From positions 1,088,001-1,152,000 of the forward strand of contig CM000207.1 in NCBI GenBank assembly GCA_000002445.1: 64,000 nucleotides of DNA. The letters are read 5' to 3'. The DNA is from Trypanosoma brucei (lineage: Eukaryota). Under the pieces are notes generated by a model, which saw nothing but the letters and a program-made list of their open reading frames with translations, was not told the origin of the DNA and did not search any database. Positions within the stretch are counted from its first letter, which is position 1, and every line of letters starts with the position of its first letter. Made by a program: the position numbers and the translations under genes. Positions 22,338 to 31,958 of the stretch are shown here, one piece after another.

Positions 22338-22432
22338 ATGCTATCCCTCGTTTTTACGTTTACTTATCCTTATTTCTCTACTTTCGAACACGAGGGAGGT
22401 GCTTGATGTTCTCTTTTCTTCATTGGTCATTG
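22338..22432 (+). promoter_or_regulatory. Polypyrimidine tracts upstream of the next gene (trans-splice signal)
   Basis: ctatccctcgtttttacgtttacttatccttatttctctactttc and ttctcttttcttcattggtcattgtttg. Confidence 0.4.
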
Positions 22433-22514
22433 TTTGGGAGAAGTAAACAGAAGCAAGGCTGTTCGTCTTCGGCGGTACTGTTCACATTTGGTTACATTCA
22501 CGTTTGCTCGGAAC

Positions 22515-23930
22515 ATGCAGCGTAATTTAACGAAATTGAGCGCAGCAGCATTCTATGAGTTCGTTGACAATAATTTCCTCAACAACAAACGACCCCCCGT
22601 TCCCGGCGGGTCATGGACGGTTGAGGTGCTACGTAATAAAAGTCTCGCCGATTTGCAGCACATATGGTTCCTGCTTTTGAAGGAGCGAAACATGTTAAAG
22701 TCCATGAAGGAACACTATTTGCGGCACCAAGAAGAACTGGGTGCAATGCCTGCCCCCTCGAGGCTGAAAATGATCGATGAATCGATGCGCAACATTAAGC
22801 GTGTCGTGAAGGAGCGTGATGAGGAAGCAACGGCCCGAGCAGTGGAGATATTTAAGGAAAGGCTGAAACGTGGCATTTATCGTTATCCACCGGGTCCTCC
22901 TCCTCCCCCTGGGGCGCATGACAAAACAAGTGTGGTGAAGGTGGAACTGAGTTGCTATGTTGAGGAGGAGCGCCTGCGTGAACTTTTCGGTCGTTATGAT
23001 GTTTTTGAACCACATAAAGGTATCGTGCGAGTCGAGCTGAAGCTTCCGGATGAGGTGTTGAAACAGAAGGAGGAAGCGGAGCAACTTTGGACGCAGTACA
23101 TGGCGGAATGTAGTGATGTGAAGGCATACCATCAGTGGTCAACGGCAGCACCCAGCGCGTACGACTATACTGAAGTGGAACTGGCCCCGGGGATATTTGC
23201 CAACGATGCCATTTCAGATAAAGGTGCTAAACACAGTGGTGACACTGAAACTCATGAGGGGGTAATTGTCGCAGCACGCGTGCCCGTTCCACCCCCCAAG
23301 GAAAAACAGCCTCCACCAAAGAACCCACTCGAGCGGCTTAAAGCTGAACGGCGGTCATACCTCGCACGCACTACCATCCAACTTGGTTATTTCCCAAATG
23401 TGACGCTACCCCCGCCGCGGTATGAGACTGTTGAGGCTGTGCCGCGTCCGGTACACCCAGATGAGATCGAGGGACCGTGGGAGGCATACATAACCTACGA
23501 CCGGGAGGATGGCTTATCGTACGCGCAGTCATTGGGCATAACTACTATCGGTGTAGCCACTGTGCTTGGCTTGACGGAGCACGTGCGCGAGCCTCAGCCG
23601 TACGCTGTGGTGGATCCCGTGTACTGCGAGGCGCTACGGCGTGAAAGGGCCCGTGAGGAGACACTCATGAAATGGCCACACGTCCCTGAATGGAAGTATG
23701 AGTATAGCACCTATACTCGGAAACATTTGGCTGATATTGTGCAGTACAACTACACGAATGTTGTTGACTATGTGGACCGTGAGGTTCTTCTCACTGGAAA
23801 GTCGGTCTGGGAATGCCCCATTCACATTGATCATACATGCGGTGGAAGCAAGACAGTGCCACCTCACGCCAAAAAACCGGTTCGGTACATGGATGCGGGC
23901 ATTGCAAACGTGGGCGTTACTGACATTTAG
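22515..23930 (+). CDS. Mitochondrial ribosomal protein L47 / uL29m-domain protein with a long C-terminal extension
   Basis: FYEFVDNNF…WTVEVLRNKSLADLQHIWFLLLKERNMLKSMKE matches the MRP-L47 family core (L.E.LR.KS..DL..LW..L.KE.NML). ATG 22515 (MQRNLTKLSAAAF) is chosen over the ORF-track start at 22434, which is adjacent to a pyrimidine tract. Confidence 0.55.
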   Translation: MQRNLTKLSAAAFYEFVDNNFLNNKRPPVPGGSWTVEVLRNKSLADLQHIWFLLLKERNMLKSMKEHYLRHQEELGAMPAPSRLKMIDESMRNIKRVVKERDEEATARAVEIFKERLKRGIYRYPPGPPPPPGAHDKTSVVKVELSCYVEEERLRELFGRYDVFEPHKGIVRVELKLPDEVLKQKEEAEQLWTQYMAECSDVKAYHQWSTAAPSAYDYTEVELAPGIFANDAISDKGAKHSGDTETHEGVIVAARVPVPPPKEKQPPPKNPLERLKAERRSYLARTTIQLGYFPNVTLPPPRYETVEAVPRPVHPDEIEGPWEAYITYDREDGLSYAQSLGITTIGVATVLGLTEHVREPQPYAVVDPVYCEALRRERAREETLMKWPHVPEWKYEYSTYTRKHLADIVQYNYTNVVDYVDREVLLTGKSVWECPIHIDHTCGGSKTVPPHAKKPVRYMDAGIANVGVTDI

Positions 23931-24032
23931 AGGCGTTTGCTTACAGGCGGGGTGCGGGCAGAAACTTCTATTTGTGTTGGTGCTATTAGGAATTTCAATG
24001 GCTAGGGCGAAAGCTGTGTTTATCGAGTGCAA

Positions 24033-24057
24033 TTTTTTTTGGGGGGGGAGGGGCGGC
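24033..24057. repeat. T8-G8-A-G4-C-GG homopolymer junction
   Basis: aattttttttggggggggaggggcgg, read directly. G-rich enough for a G-quadruplex. Confidence 0.85.
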
Positions 24058-24206
24058 ATCGCGCGCAGCCGGTTTACAGTGCACGATTGACTGGGTGTAA
24101 ACAGCACTAAAGCTTATTTCTCTCTCTCATGGACTGTGAGCTTCTCTGTATCTCTTTCTTTATTTTTTTCTCCGTTTGTTGAAGGGAGCTGGACGTGTTC
24201 CTCTTC

Positions 24207-24224
24207 TGTGTGTGTGTGTGTGTG
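24207..24224. repeat. (TG)9 microsatellite
   Basis: tgtgtgtgtgtgtgtgtg, read directly. Confidence 0.9.
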
Positions 24225-24334
24225 TTTCATTTGATCGACTTTGTGTCTTCCTTTTATTAATATTTTACGGCAGTTTACACCCGTCTGAGCAGAAAGGGGC
24301 TGTTTATAGGAGGTAAAAACCATTTTGGAGGAAC

Positions 24335-27300
24335 ATGGAGCAGCAGGTCTCTAACCGGGGAAGTAACTCTGACCCCCCAGCGTCTTCTCAGTGCGAGGAA
24401 GAGACCAAACAACATGAAGTCTCGGAAACGACTTTTTGCGGAAGTGAGTTTGCAGAAGGCAGTGGTGGAACTTTGTTACAGACGGTGGCACCCGATGCCC
24501 CCAGTGTGAGGAGTTGTGGCAGCCATCAAGTCCCGAGCTCAAGTAAAGGTGCTCCCTTCGCCTCACGGGCGCAGGCGCTGATGTCAGGCGCTGCCAGCGT
24601 CGTGGCGCCACTTTCAGTTCACTCTGGTAGTCAACACACATCCCGAAAGGGAAACACCCACAACTTAGCGCGACTCGCGGTGAAGCACAATTTATATGCC
24701 GTACAACTGGATGGTGACTCCGGCGGCATTGAAATGCAAGCCGCTAGCCAATATCTCCTCCGGGCGGTAACCACACGAGAGAAGTACAAATCAGTGGATA
24801 AGGGACAGAAGGAGGGAACAGGGCGCTTGGTGCCTCCGGTTGTTTTCTCCTTTGAAACTGGTGTCGCCCAGTTCACGGACCAAAAGACCGAAGTTTTACC
24901 ATGGGAGCAGTTCTACGACGACGTGATAGAGTTGTGTGCCACGATGCAGCATCCAGATTGCCGCCGGGCGTGTTCGCAGCGTCTACAAGTGCTGGAAGAG
25001 AAGTATAACCTGTACAAATTGTGCAGCAGCAACGTTGAGAACCCTGACCACCACCGCCACGATGTTGGTGTATTTTCCGATTGTACAAAAGTTGATAATA
25101 GCGTGTATCTGAGTTGCATGGTGAATTCGGAGTTGCTGCGTGAATACATCCAGGACAAGGTGGAGTATTGTGGATCGGATGAGGTGCGGTATTCGGCGGA
25201 TAAAACTGAGGTGCACACACTGAGTACAACATGCGATCAGCTCGGATTTACGGAGGTTGAGCAGCTAACTATCGAGGGTCTGGGGTTGTCACCACCAAAT
25301 GAAAAGCAACGTTACCATTACGATCCGCTTGATCTTGAACTGAACCGCACTGGACGCAACTGCGCGGAGCTATTGCAACTCTTCCTCACACACAATACTT
25401 TGAATAAGGGGAAATACTTTGCAGAAATTGTGAAACCCACACTGTCCGAGAATGAGCAACGAATGCGAAACCCACAGGCAACTGAATGTATAGTTGAACT
25501 ATGTGGTACTTCTGCCGAAGATTGGGAGCAGCTGGCCGCGTGGGCACAGGAGCATAATCTGCTACGAATGTGGCATAACCGCTGGTTCGTTGCCTTACCC
25601 CGGAGACGGATACGAAGCGATTCAACAAAGGATGCACTTGAGAACCACCAGCAACACTTGGAAAATATTTTCCTACCACTGTTTACAGCAACACTCGCTC
25701 CCGAAGACCCGAAGAACGCTTCTATTGTGGCGCTGCTCCAGAACCTTGGTGGGTTTGTGATTGTGTCCGATGAAGAGGAGCGCAACTCCACTTTCGAGCG
25801 CAAGCTGAGGCGACCCGTTGAGGTGCCATGGAGTGAGAATGTTTGCGATCTCTACTTCGCTTACCATGTATGGGCAAATCTTTGTTCCCTCAACGCTTTG
25901 CGCCGTCGCAAGGGCCTCAATACTTTGCAGCTACGTGCCTTCGCCGGGAATCGTGACGGTCAAATAGATGTATTGGTTTATTCTTACCTACTGTGCGACA
26001 GCCTTGTTAACGGTGTTCTCCTAGAGCATAATCCTGTGCTGCAGTATCTTTATGGTGCCGGAAAGATCGGACTGGTCATGATGCCACTGTGTAACAATGG
26101 GATGGGGCTCCCGTATATGCAGAACCCCTTTCCTGTTTTCTTTCGCCGCGGGTTGCTCGTGACACTGACGACCAACCAACCTTTGTTGTTTCACCATTCT
26201 AAAGAACCTCTCATCGAGGAATACGGCACTGCGAGCAAACTGTTTCAGCTATCTGGCACTGATGCATGTGAGATAGCGTTAAACTCCGTGATTGTGTCGT
26301 CATTTCCCGCCGATGTTAAGGCACTGTGGTTGGGGGATTCATTCCTTCAGGAAGGCATTCAGGGGAACATGCTAGAGTTTAGCAAAGTTCCGACGTGCCG
26401 TCTTGTGTTGCGACAGGAACTGTGGCAAACGGAATTGAACATTATTCATCAGGCCGCGGTGCGAAATACGAGGGGAAAGCGAGGGGCGTTTCCTCTCCCG
26501 ACACTGCTGTCCACCCCTCCCCCTCTCATGGCTTCTGGGAGCCATGCTGGGGATTCGACCGAAGTTGAGCCAAGCGGCGTAACTTTACAACAAGCCGTTA
26601 CAATGATGCAGTCAAGTCAAATGCCGTTCCTCGCTCGCGATCCACATACGGACTTTCCTCGCGTTGTCTTCTTAGGCCCCCTCGAACGTGATCCTTCTGA
26701 TACGCTGGTTGTGACTCTGTTGCATCGTGCGTTACAGCTGCGCTCGCAGTATGTTCGGCAGCACAACATACGTGATGTAGATGGGAGAGTGCTGCGGTCG
26801 GACGATATTGAACATGCATTCCGCCGTGATGATACATTTGATGAGGACGAGTGGATGTTCAAAACCGTCGAAGGTGTTGTTGTGCCACACGAGGTTCATC
26901 AGATTCCCCGTCTCCCAAAAGATATGTTTCACTTTGACGACTTTCGTCAACATGTGCAGGAACTGCGCGCCATGCTAGAGAATGCGCACGTACGCAACTT
27001 CGCGACGCGGCGATTGAATTTGCTTGAGCGCAAGTTTATGTTACACCTTGCGGTTAACCGCAGTCTTGAAGCGGGGACAACGGCCAGCAAGGCTTCTCAG
27101 AATCGTGACTTCTATCAAGCAACAAAAGTGGACAATAATGTTCGTATGGAGTCCGGTATGACTGCTCGGCAGCTGCTGAACTTCATCGTTTCCAAGGCTA
27201 ATAATAATGGTGATGACATTGTGGCCCACCAAGAGGGAAAAGAACCGCAAACGTTGCGGCAACTGCTACAGGAGTTAAATATTTCTCCGAGCACACTAAC

Positions 27301-29407
27301 TGTAGATGACCTCAATGTGCAAGTCGACACAACACTTGGTGTTGGGAGCGCACAATATACACCTGGCGGCCGTGATGTCTTGTGTACACTACTGCTGAAC
27401 ACAGACAACCAAATGAAGGGACGCTACTTCGCTGAGTTGACAAAGCTAACCTTTGAGAACTTCGAGCATGACCGTTTCACCTTCACCGAAAACAGGCTAC
27501 CGATTTATGGCGCGAGCCCCAATGAATGGGGGTTGCTCTCTGATTGGTTCGACACACATGGTATGGCATCAGTACACAACCGATGGATGGTGCAGATCCC
27601 GCGCATTTACGGTTATCTGCGCGAGTGTGGAAAGGTCCAAAGTTTTACTGAGTACATCGAAAACATATTCAAACCACTATGGACTGTTTCACTCCATCCA
27701 AGCAAAGATCCCCGCTTGTTCCACTTCCTTAACCACATCTCTGGCTTCGATTGCGTTGAAGACGAACGAAGACACGACATACCGCTCAACAATGCAACGA
27801 AACCGCCTCATGAGTGGACGACCGAGGAAGAGCCTCCATACAACTACTACATGTATCATGTGTGGGCAAATATTTACTCACTGAACGAGTTTCGTCGACG
27901 CCGGAAGTTCTCGACGTTTACATTTCGACCAAGCTGTGGAGAAACAGGCCCTGTGGAACACCTCATCGGTGGGTTTTTACTTGCCAACGCTATTAATTAT
28001 GGCGTTACTCTCGCTGATGATACCCCACTGCAGTATCTTTTTTACCTCGCCCGCATTGGGGTAACGGTAAGCCCGCTGAGCAACAACACGAAGGTGCTCG
28101 GGTACCTGGACAACCCGTTTCCGACGTTCTTTCGTCGCGGTCTTAATGTTTCCCTCGGCACGGACAGCCCACTTATGTTTCATCACACCCAGGAGCCACT
28201 ACTAGAGGAGTACTCCATTGCCTCAAAGGTGTGGAAGCTTTCGCCCAATGATATGTGTGAGATTGCCCGCAACAGTGTGCTTCTTTCAGGTTTTGATGCT
28301 GCCTTTAAACGTGAGCGACTAGGGGATCTGTTTTTTCTTTCAAGTAGCAGAAGCAACGACGCGTCACACACACACCTATCCGACATCCGTGTCGCGTACC
28401 GTTTCGAGACCTACCACGCAGAGATTGCTTTTCTGGAGATGATCTCCACCCTTAATTTCCCAAAGGCACTTCTTACTCTGAGTGAAGAGAGGGCACTGGA
28501 AGCTGATTTTCTTGAGGCGGTAAAGAAAAAGGAAAAGCAGCTTGGGTGTATCATAGAAGTTAAGACTGAGGAGGAGGACATTAAAAGGTTAGAGCAAAGT
28601 CGTGCCGCTCTACTGCGACAGGTTCGAGAGGCTGAAGATACTGTTGAGGAGTTACGCCGGCAGAACAAACAGCTAACGGAGAAGCTTGCTGAAGAGCGGG
28701 CGAGGGACCAACACGCACAGCAGATGCGTCGCAAGGGACTTAAGGAGCGTGTTGTGGGTATTTCAGATCCGGAGGGGAGACGGCAGACATCGTCGTCAAA
28801 CGCCGATATGTCGAGTGATCACCAGCCCTCCCTCGAAATTTCTGTTTTGGAACAAGTGGCGAAGGAAGAAACCAACGGTGAAGATGCCACAGCTGCTGGA
28901 CAAAGTCAGCATCTAGGGGGTGCGAAAGTGGGGCTGACCGCTTTGTCGCCCACTGCTTTGGAGGACACCTCACCGAGGAGTGCTGGCTTCATCTCTAGTG
29001 GGAATGTAGCTGATTTAGACGACAATTTGGATACTGCTGCCACAACGAGTGCACTAGTTGGTATGCTAGAGAGTATGTGGAAAGAAAAACCTGCTGGGGC
29101 CTCTCACTCCGGCGGGCATACCGTTACGGGCGGAGATGCGAGCAGTACCTTCCCACCAATTAATGTTGATGCGGTTACGCTCAGTGAAAGAAAACCGTCA
29201 GGGGCCAGTGGCAGCACCACTAAGCGGGGACCACCACCACCGAGGCGGACCTCCGCGAATTCTGCCTTTGTATTCCCTAAACCTTCCGGGGAAGGGGGTT
29301 CGCATCGCGCGTCACTTCAGGGGTTTGCTAATGTTCAGCAAGCCGCCCGTGAACAGGAAGCAAAAGAGACGGGGAGTTCGCACCGAAGCAGTGAAAGAGG
29401 AGTTTAG
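24335..29407 (+). CDS. Tandem AMP-deaminase-like protein (two AMPD/adenosine-deaminase-fold domains, both with metal ligands substituted), followed by a C-terminal coiled coil and an S/T/G/P-rich tail
   Basis: Domain 1 (approx aa 240-640): KVDNSVYLSCM, GKYFAEIVKP, NRWFVALPR, ENIFLPLF, LRAFAGNRDG, MMPLCNNGMG, TLTTNQPLLFHHSKEPLIEEYGTASKLFQLSGTDACEIALNSVIVSSF. Domain 2 (approx aa 920-1330): KVDNNVRMESGM, GRYFAELTK, NRWMVQIPR, ENIFKPLW, FRPSCGETGPVEHL, VSPLSNNTKV, SLGTDSPLMFHHTQEPLLEEYSIASKVWKLSPNDMCEIARNSVLLSGF. These align to the canonical AMPD motifs VDTHxH, GKYFA, VRW.VQ.PR, ENIF.PLF, RPHCGEAG, MSPLSNN, SLSTDDPLQFHFTKEPL.EEYS.A…KLS..DMCE.ARNSV. Confidence 0.85.
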   Translation: MEQQVSNRGSNSDPPASSQCEEETKQHEVSETTFCGSEFAEGSGGTLLQTVAPDAPSVRSCGSHQVPSSSKGAPFASRAQALMSGAASVVAPLSVHSGSQHTSRKGNTHNLARLAVKHNLYAVQLDGDSGGIEMQAASQYLLRAVTTREKYKSVDKGQKEGTGRLVPPVVFSFETGVAQFTDQKTEVLPWEQFYDDVIELCATMQHPDCRRACSQRLQVLEEKYNLYKLCSSNVENPDHHRHDVGVFSDCTKVDNSVYLSCMVNSELLREYIQDKVEYCGSDEVRYSADKTEVHTLSTTCDQLGFTEVEQLTIEGLGLSPPNEKQRYHYDPLDLELNRTGRNCAELLQLFLTHNTLNKGKYFAEIVKPTLSENEQRMRNPQATECIVELCGTSAEDWEQLAAWAQEHNLLRMWHNRWFVALPRRRIRSDSTKDALENHQQHLENIFLPLFTATLAPEDPKNASIVALLQNLGGFVIVSDEEERNSTFERKLRRPVEVPWSENVCDLYFAYHVWANLCSLNALRRRKGLNTLQLRAFAGNRDGQIDVLVYSYLLCDSLVNGVLLEHNPVLQYLYGAGKIGLVMMPLCNNGMGLPYMQNPFPVFFRRGLLVTLTTNQPLLFHHSKEPLIEEYGTASKLFQLSGTDACEIALNSVIVSSFPADVKALWLGDSFLQEGIQGNMLEFSKVPTCRLVLRQELWQTELNIIHQAAVRNTRGKRGAFPLPTLLSTPPPLMASGSHAGDSTEVEPSGVTLQQAVTMMQSSQMPFLARDPHTDFPRVVFLGPLERDPSDTLVVTLLHRALQLRSQYVRQHNIRDVDGRVLRSDDIEHAFRRDDTFDEDEWMFKTVEGVVVPHEVHQIPRLPKDMFHFDDFRQHVQELRAMLENAHVRNFATRRLNLLERKFMLHLAVNRSLEAGTTASKASQNRDFYQATKVDNNVRMESGMTARQLLNFIVSKANNNGDDIVAHQEGKEPQTLRQLLQELNISPSTLTVDDLNVQVDTTLGVGSAQYTPGGRDVLCTLLLNTDNQMKGRYFAELTKLTFENFEHDRFTFTENRLPIYGASPNEWGLLSDWFDTHGMASVHNRWMVQIPRIYGYLRECGKVQSFTEYIENIFKPLWTVSLHPSKDPRLFHFLNHISGFDCVEDERRHDIPLNNATKPPHEWTTEEEPPYNYYMYHVWANIYSLNEFRRRRKFSTFTFRPSCGETGPVEHLIGGFLLANAINYGVTLADDTPLQYLFYLARIGVTVSPLSNNTKVLGYLDNPFPTFFRRGLNVSLGTDSPLMFHHTQEPLLEEYSIASKVWKLSPNDMCEIARNSVLLSGFDAAFKRERLGDLFFLSSSRSNDASHTHLSDIRVAYRFETYHAEIAFLEMISTLNFPKALLTLSEERALEADFLEAVKKKEKQLGCIIEVKTEEEDIKRLEQSRAALLRQVREAEDTVEELRRQNKQLTEKLAEERARDQHAQQMRRKGLKERVVGISDPEGRRQTSSSNADMSSDHQPSLEISVLEQVAKEETNGEDATAAGQSQHLGGAKVGLTALSPTALEDTSPRSAGFISSGNVADLDDNLDTAATTSALVGMLESMWKEKPAGASHSGGHTVTGGDASSTFPPINVDAVTLSERKPSGASGSTTKRGPPPPRRTSANSAFVFPKPSGEGGSHRASLQGFANVQQAAREQEAKETGSSHRSSERGV

Positions 29408-30031
29408 CTCAGTAGTAGGGCGTTGGCTGCGTTGGACCCCTACTTTGCTTCACCTATTTTATCCTGTTTGTCTCATGCTGTTCCTATCACGTCCAGGAGC
29501 TTTTACTATTTCAATGTGGCAAAGGGGCGCTTCTGTGGTCGTATTGCCGGCATATGAATGGCGCAGACAGAGAGTCTGCTGTGTAGGTGTGTGAAGAGCA
29601 TTTATTTATGTACAAAGTTTGCAAGGGGGAGGGCGTTTGTGTGAACACTTTTGTTTTGTTTTACACTTTACTCCCTTGCGGTAGAAGCACGGGTCCACGC
29701 CCCCCTGCGTGGTGGTTATGTCAAGATGGTGTACGCACATGAGGCTTAAGTTTTAGTGCATTCTCCTTATGTGGCTCGATGGTTGGCCTGCTTCCATTAC
29801 CGATTTGTTTCAATTTTACTTTCAGCTCTGACAGGAATTAATCTCCCTTTGTAAGTGCTCCAGGAGAGACAACACCGGTACGTGTACCTTAAAATAGGCA
29901 GGCGTATCCCATAGTGCCCTCGTGTCTGAGGCACATTAGCAGTAGTACACTTTGTGAGGATACGACACGGGAGGGGAACAAAGAAAGTACAGAAAGTAGT
30001 TTTAGTAAGTTTAGATACTGGGATCGGGAAG

Positions 30032-31369
30032 ATGCGACGCTCTGCCACCTTCCTGGGGTTGACTGCTCTGCGGAGCGTTGCTGCCACTGGTTGGCGCTAC
30101 CACAAACAAGGGGCACCTGAGCGGGTTTTGCAGTACGAGCGCTACCGAATCCCTTTTGATAGGAGCGGTTCTCAAGCAGTGGTAAAGATGTTGGCGGCCC
30201 CCGTCCACCGACACGACCGGGCCATGATCGGCGGGTACTGTGGGCCGCTTCGACCCACCGCATTTCCGCAGGTTGCGGGTGTTGAGGGTGTTGGAGTTGT
30301 TGAAGAAGTTGGTAAAGGGGCCTCACTGCTGCTTCAGGAAGGCGACCTTGTATGGGTTAATAATCCAACAGTGGGCACATGGGCCACACATGTTGTGACG
30401 GATGTTGAAAATTTGGACGTCGTGCCAAATCGCGCAGATGTTGATATTGAATACCTTGCTTCGCTCTCGCTTTTCCATACGGCGTACCATTTAACGAATA
30501 GTTTCGTGAGTCTGCAACCAAACGACGTAGTACTTCAGACAGGCGCCTCGTCCTCTATCGCTCAAATTTGTCAGGGTTACATCCGTGCCCGTGGTGCAAA
30601 ATTGTTCCAGACAATGCAATTGGGACGCACGGAGCATGCACATCTTTTAGCTTTCTTCAAAATGAGGGGAGCATTTGCCGTCGTGCCGTACAATTACGTG
30701 CGAACTAACTACATGCGTCGGCTTCTTTCTGACGTGCCGCCGCCAAAGCTTTTACTCAACCACACCTGTGGTAACTTCGCTTCCAGTTTAGTTAATCTTC
30801 TCGGTGACAATGGTGTTTGTGTTACATATGGCAATACAGGCGGAAAGCCGCTTCAGATCGCCAATATGGACGTCATTGCACGTGGTATTAAGTTCAAAGG
30901 ATTCTTCCTACCACACTGGATAAAGAGCCACACACGTGAGGCTCGGATGCGCGTTCACCAGAATGTTGTGGAGAGCATGACGATTTCGCAGGGCCACGGT
31001 ATATTTCGGGCGCAGCGCTTCAAAATGGATGGCGACAGCATATTCGCCTTCAGCAACGCATGGGATGCTCCCCTCGGCAGCCGCAAACCCGTTCTGCGCA
31101 TGGTGGGCGAATACGGTGAGTGGCGCCGACCCCGCTCAGACCAAGCCGCATGGAACATTGGTCGTGCGGTATGGGACGATTTACTGCAGCAAATGTGGGA
31201 GAGCGCCGGAACAACTGAAAATCCTCAGTCAATGAAGTACTACACTCCCTTCAACGACATTTATTCGCAATTTCATGACGGGAAGCAATCAAAGGAGATG
31301 GGCCATCGTGAAGTTTTCTTCCGTCGGCCAAACGCCCCACGTCACAATGCGGCAGAGAGCACACATTGA
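30032..31369 (+). CDS. MDR-superfamily oxidoreductase (trans-2-enoyl-CoA reductase / quinone oxidoreductase-like), probably mitochondrial
   Basis: GYCGPLRPTAFPQVAGVEGVGVVEEVGKG…GDLVWV is the GroES-like zinc-ADH N-domain. A Rossmann-like VLQTGASSSIAQICQGYIRARGAK follows. Start placed at ATG 30032 (MRRSATFLGLTALRSVAATGWRY, presequence-like) rather than the ORF-track 29954. Confidence 0.7.
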   Translation: MRRSATFLGLTALRSVAATGWRYHKQGAPERVLQYERYRIPFDRSGSQAVVKMLAAPVHRHDRAMIGGYCGPLRPTAFPQVAGVEGVGVVEEVGKGASLLLQEGDLVWVNNPTVGTWATHVVTDVENLDVVPNRADVDIEYLASLSLFHTAYHLTNSFVSLQPNDVVLQTGASSSIAQICQGYIRARGAKLFQTMQLGRTEHAHLLAFFKMRGAFAVVPYNYVRTNYMRRLLSDVPPPKLLLNHTCGNFASSLVNLLGDNGVCVTYGNTGGKPLQIANMDVIARGIKFKGFFLPHWIKSHTREARMRVHQNVVESMTISQGHGIFRAQRFKMDGDSIFAFSNAWDAPLGSRKPVLRMVGEYGEWRRPRSDQAAWNIGRAVWDDLLQQMWESAGTTENPQSMKYYTPFNDIYSQFHDGKQSKEMGHREVFFRRPNAPRHNAAESTH

Positions 31370-31958
31370 CAATTTTTTCCGAAATCATAGTGGAGGGCAG
31401 AGCAAGTAGGGGAACACTTAATCTTTTGTAGTGGAAGAATGGCGACTAGCGGCGGGTTCACGTATATGAGTATCAACCAAAGATACGTACATTCTGCAGT
31501 TTTGAGTGGTGCGGGAGTCGGGTAGTTGCGCAATGATAGGAGTGTTGTGATGTGTGTTGACATGCGGTACATCTGGTGGGTATGTGACACAATGTTTACG
31601 GCAGACCGGCTGAAGGAAAACACACAGGTGTTGAGGGACGAAGCCAGTTAGAAGGAGACCCATGTCGAAAATTGCGCATTACCACATGGTAAGGGGTGTC
31701 GTAGCGTGCTAACCTTATGTTATTGATGCACTGTGTGCTCACGTAATTGTTTTAAAACCATTGTGTCCCCCGTTCTTTTCGTTTTGATTACTTCCAAATG
31801 CGCGTCGTTACCCCTTCTCAAACGTGATGGTGGTGAAAGGAATAGGGTGGAACCGTGGAAGGAGAGCGTCGGTTGTACCAGTTAGGCACCAGAAACGGCG
31901 ACGGAAGAGGAAGGTGAAAGGGACAAAGGTGTAGTACATTAATAGTATTTGTGTCCGG

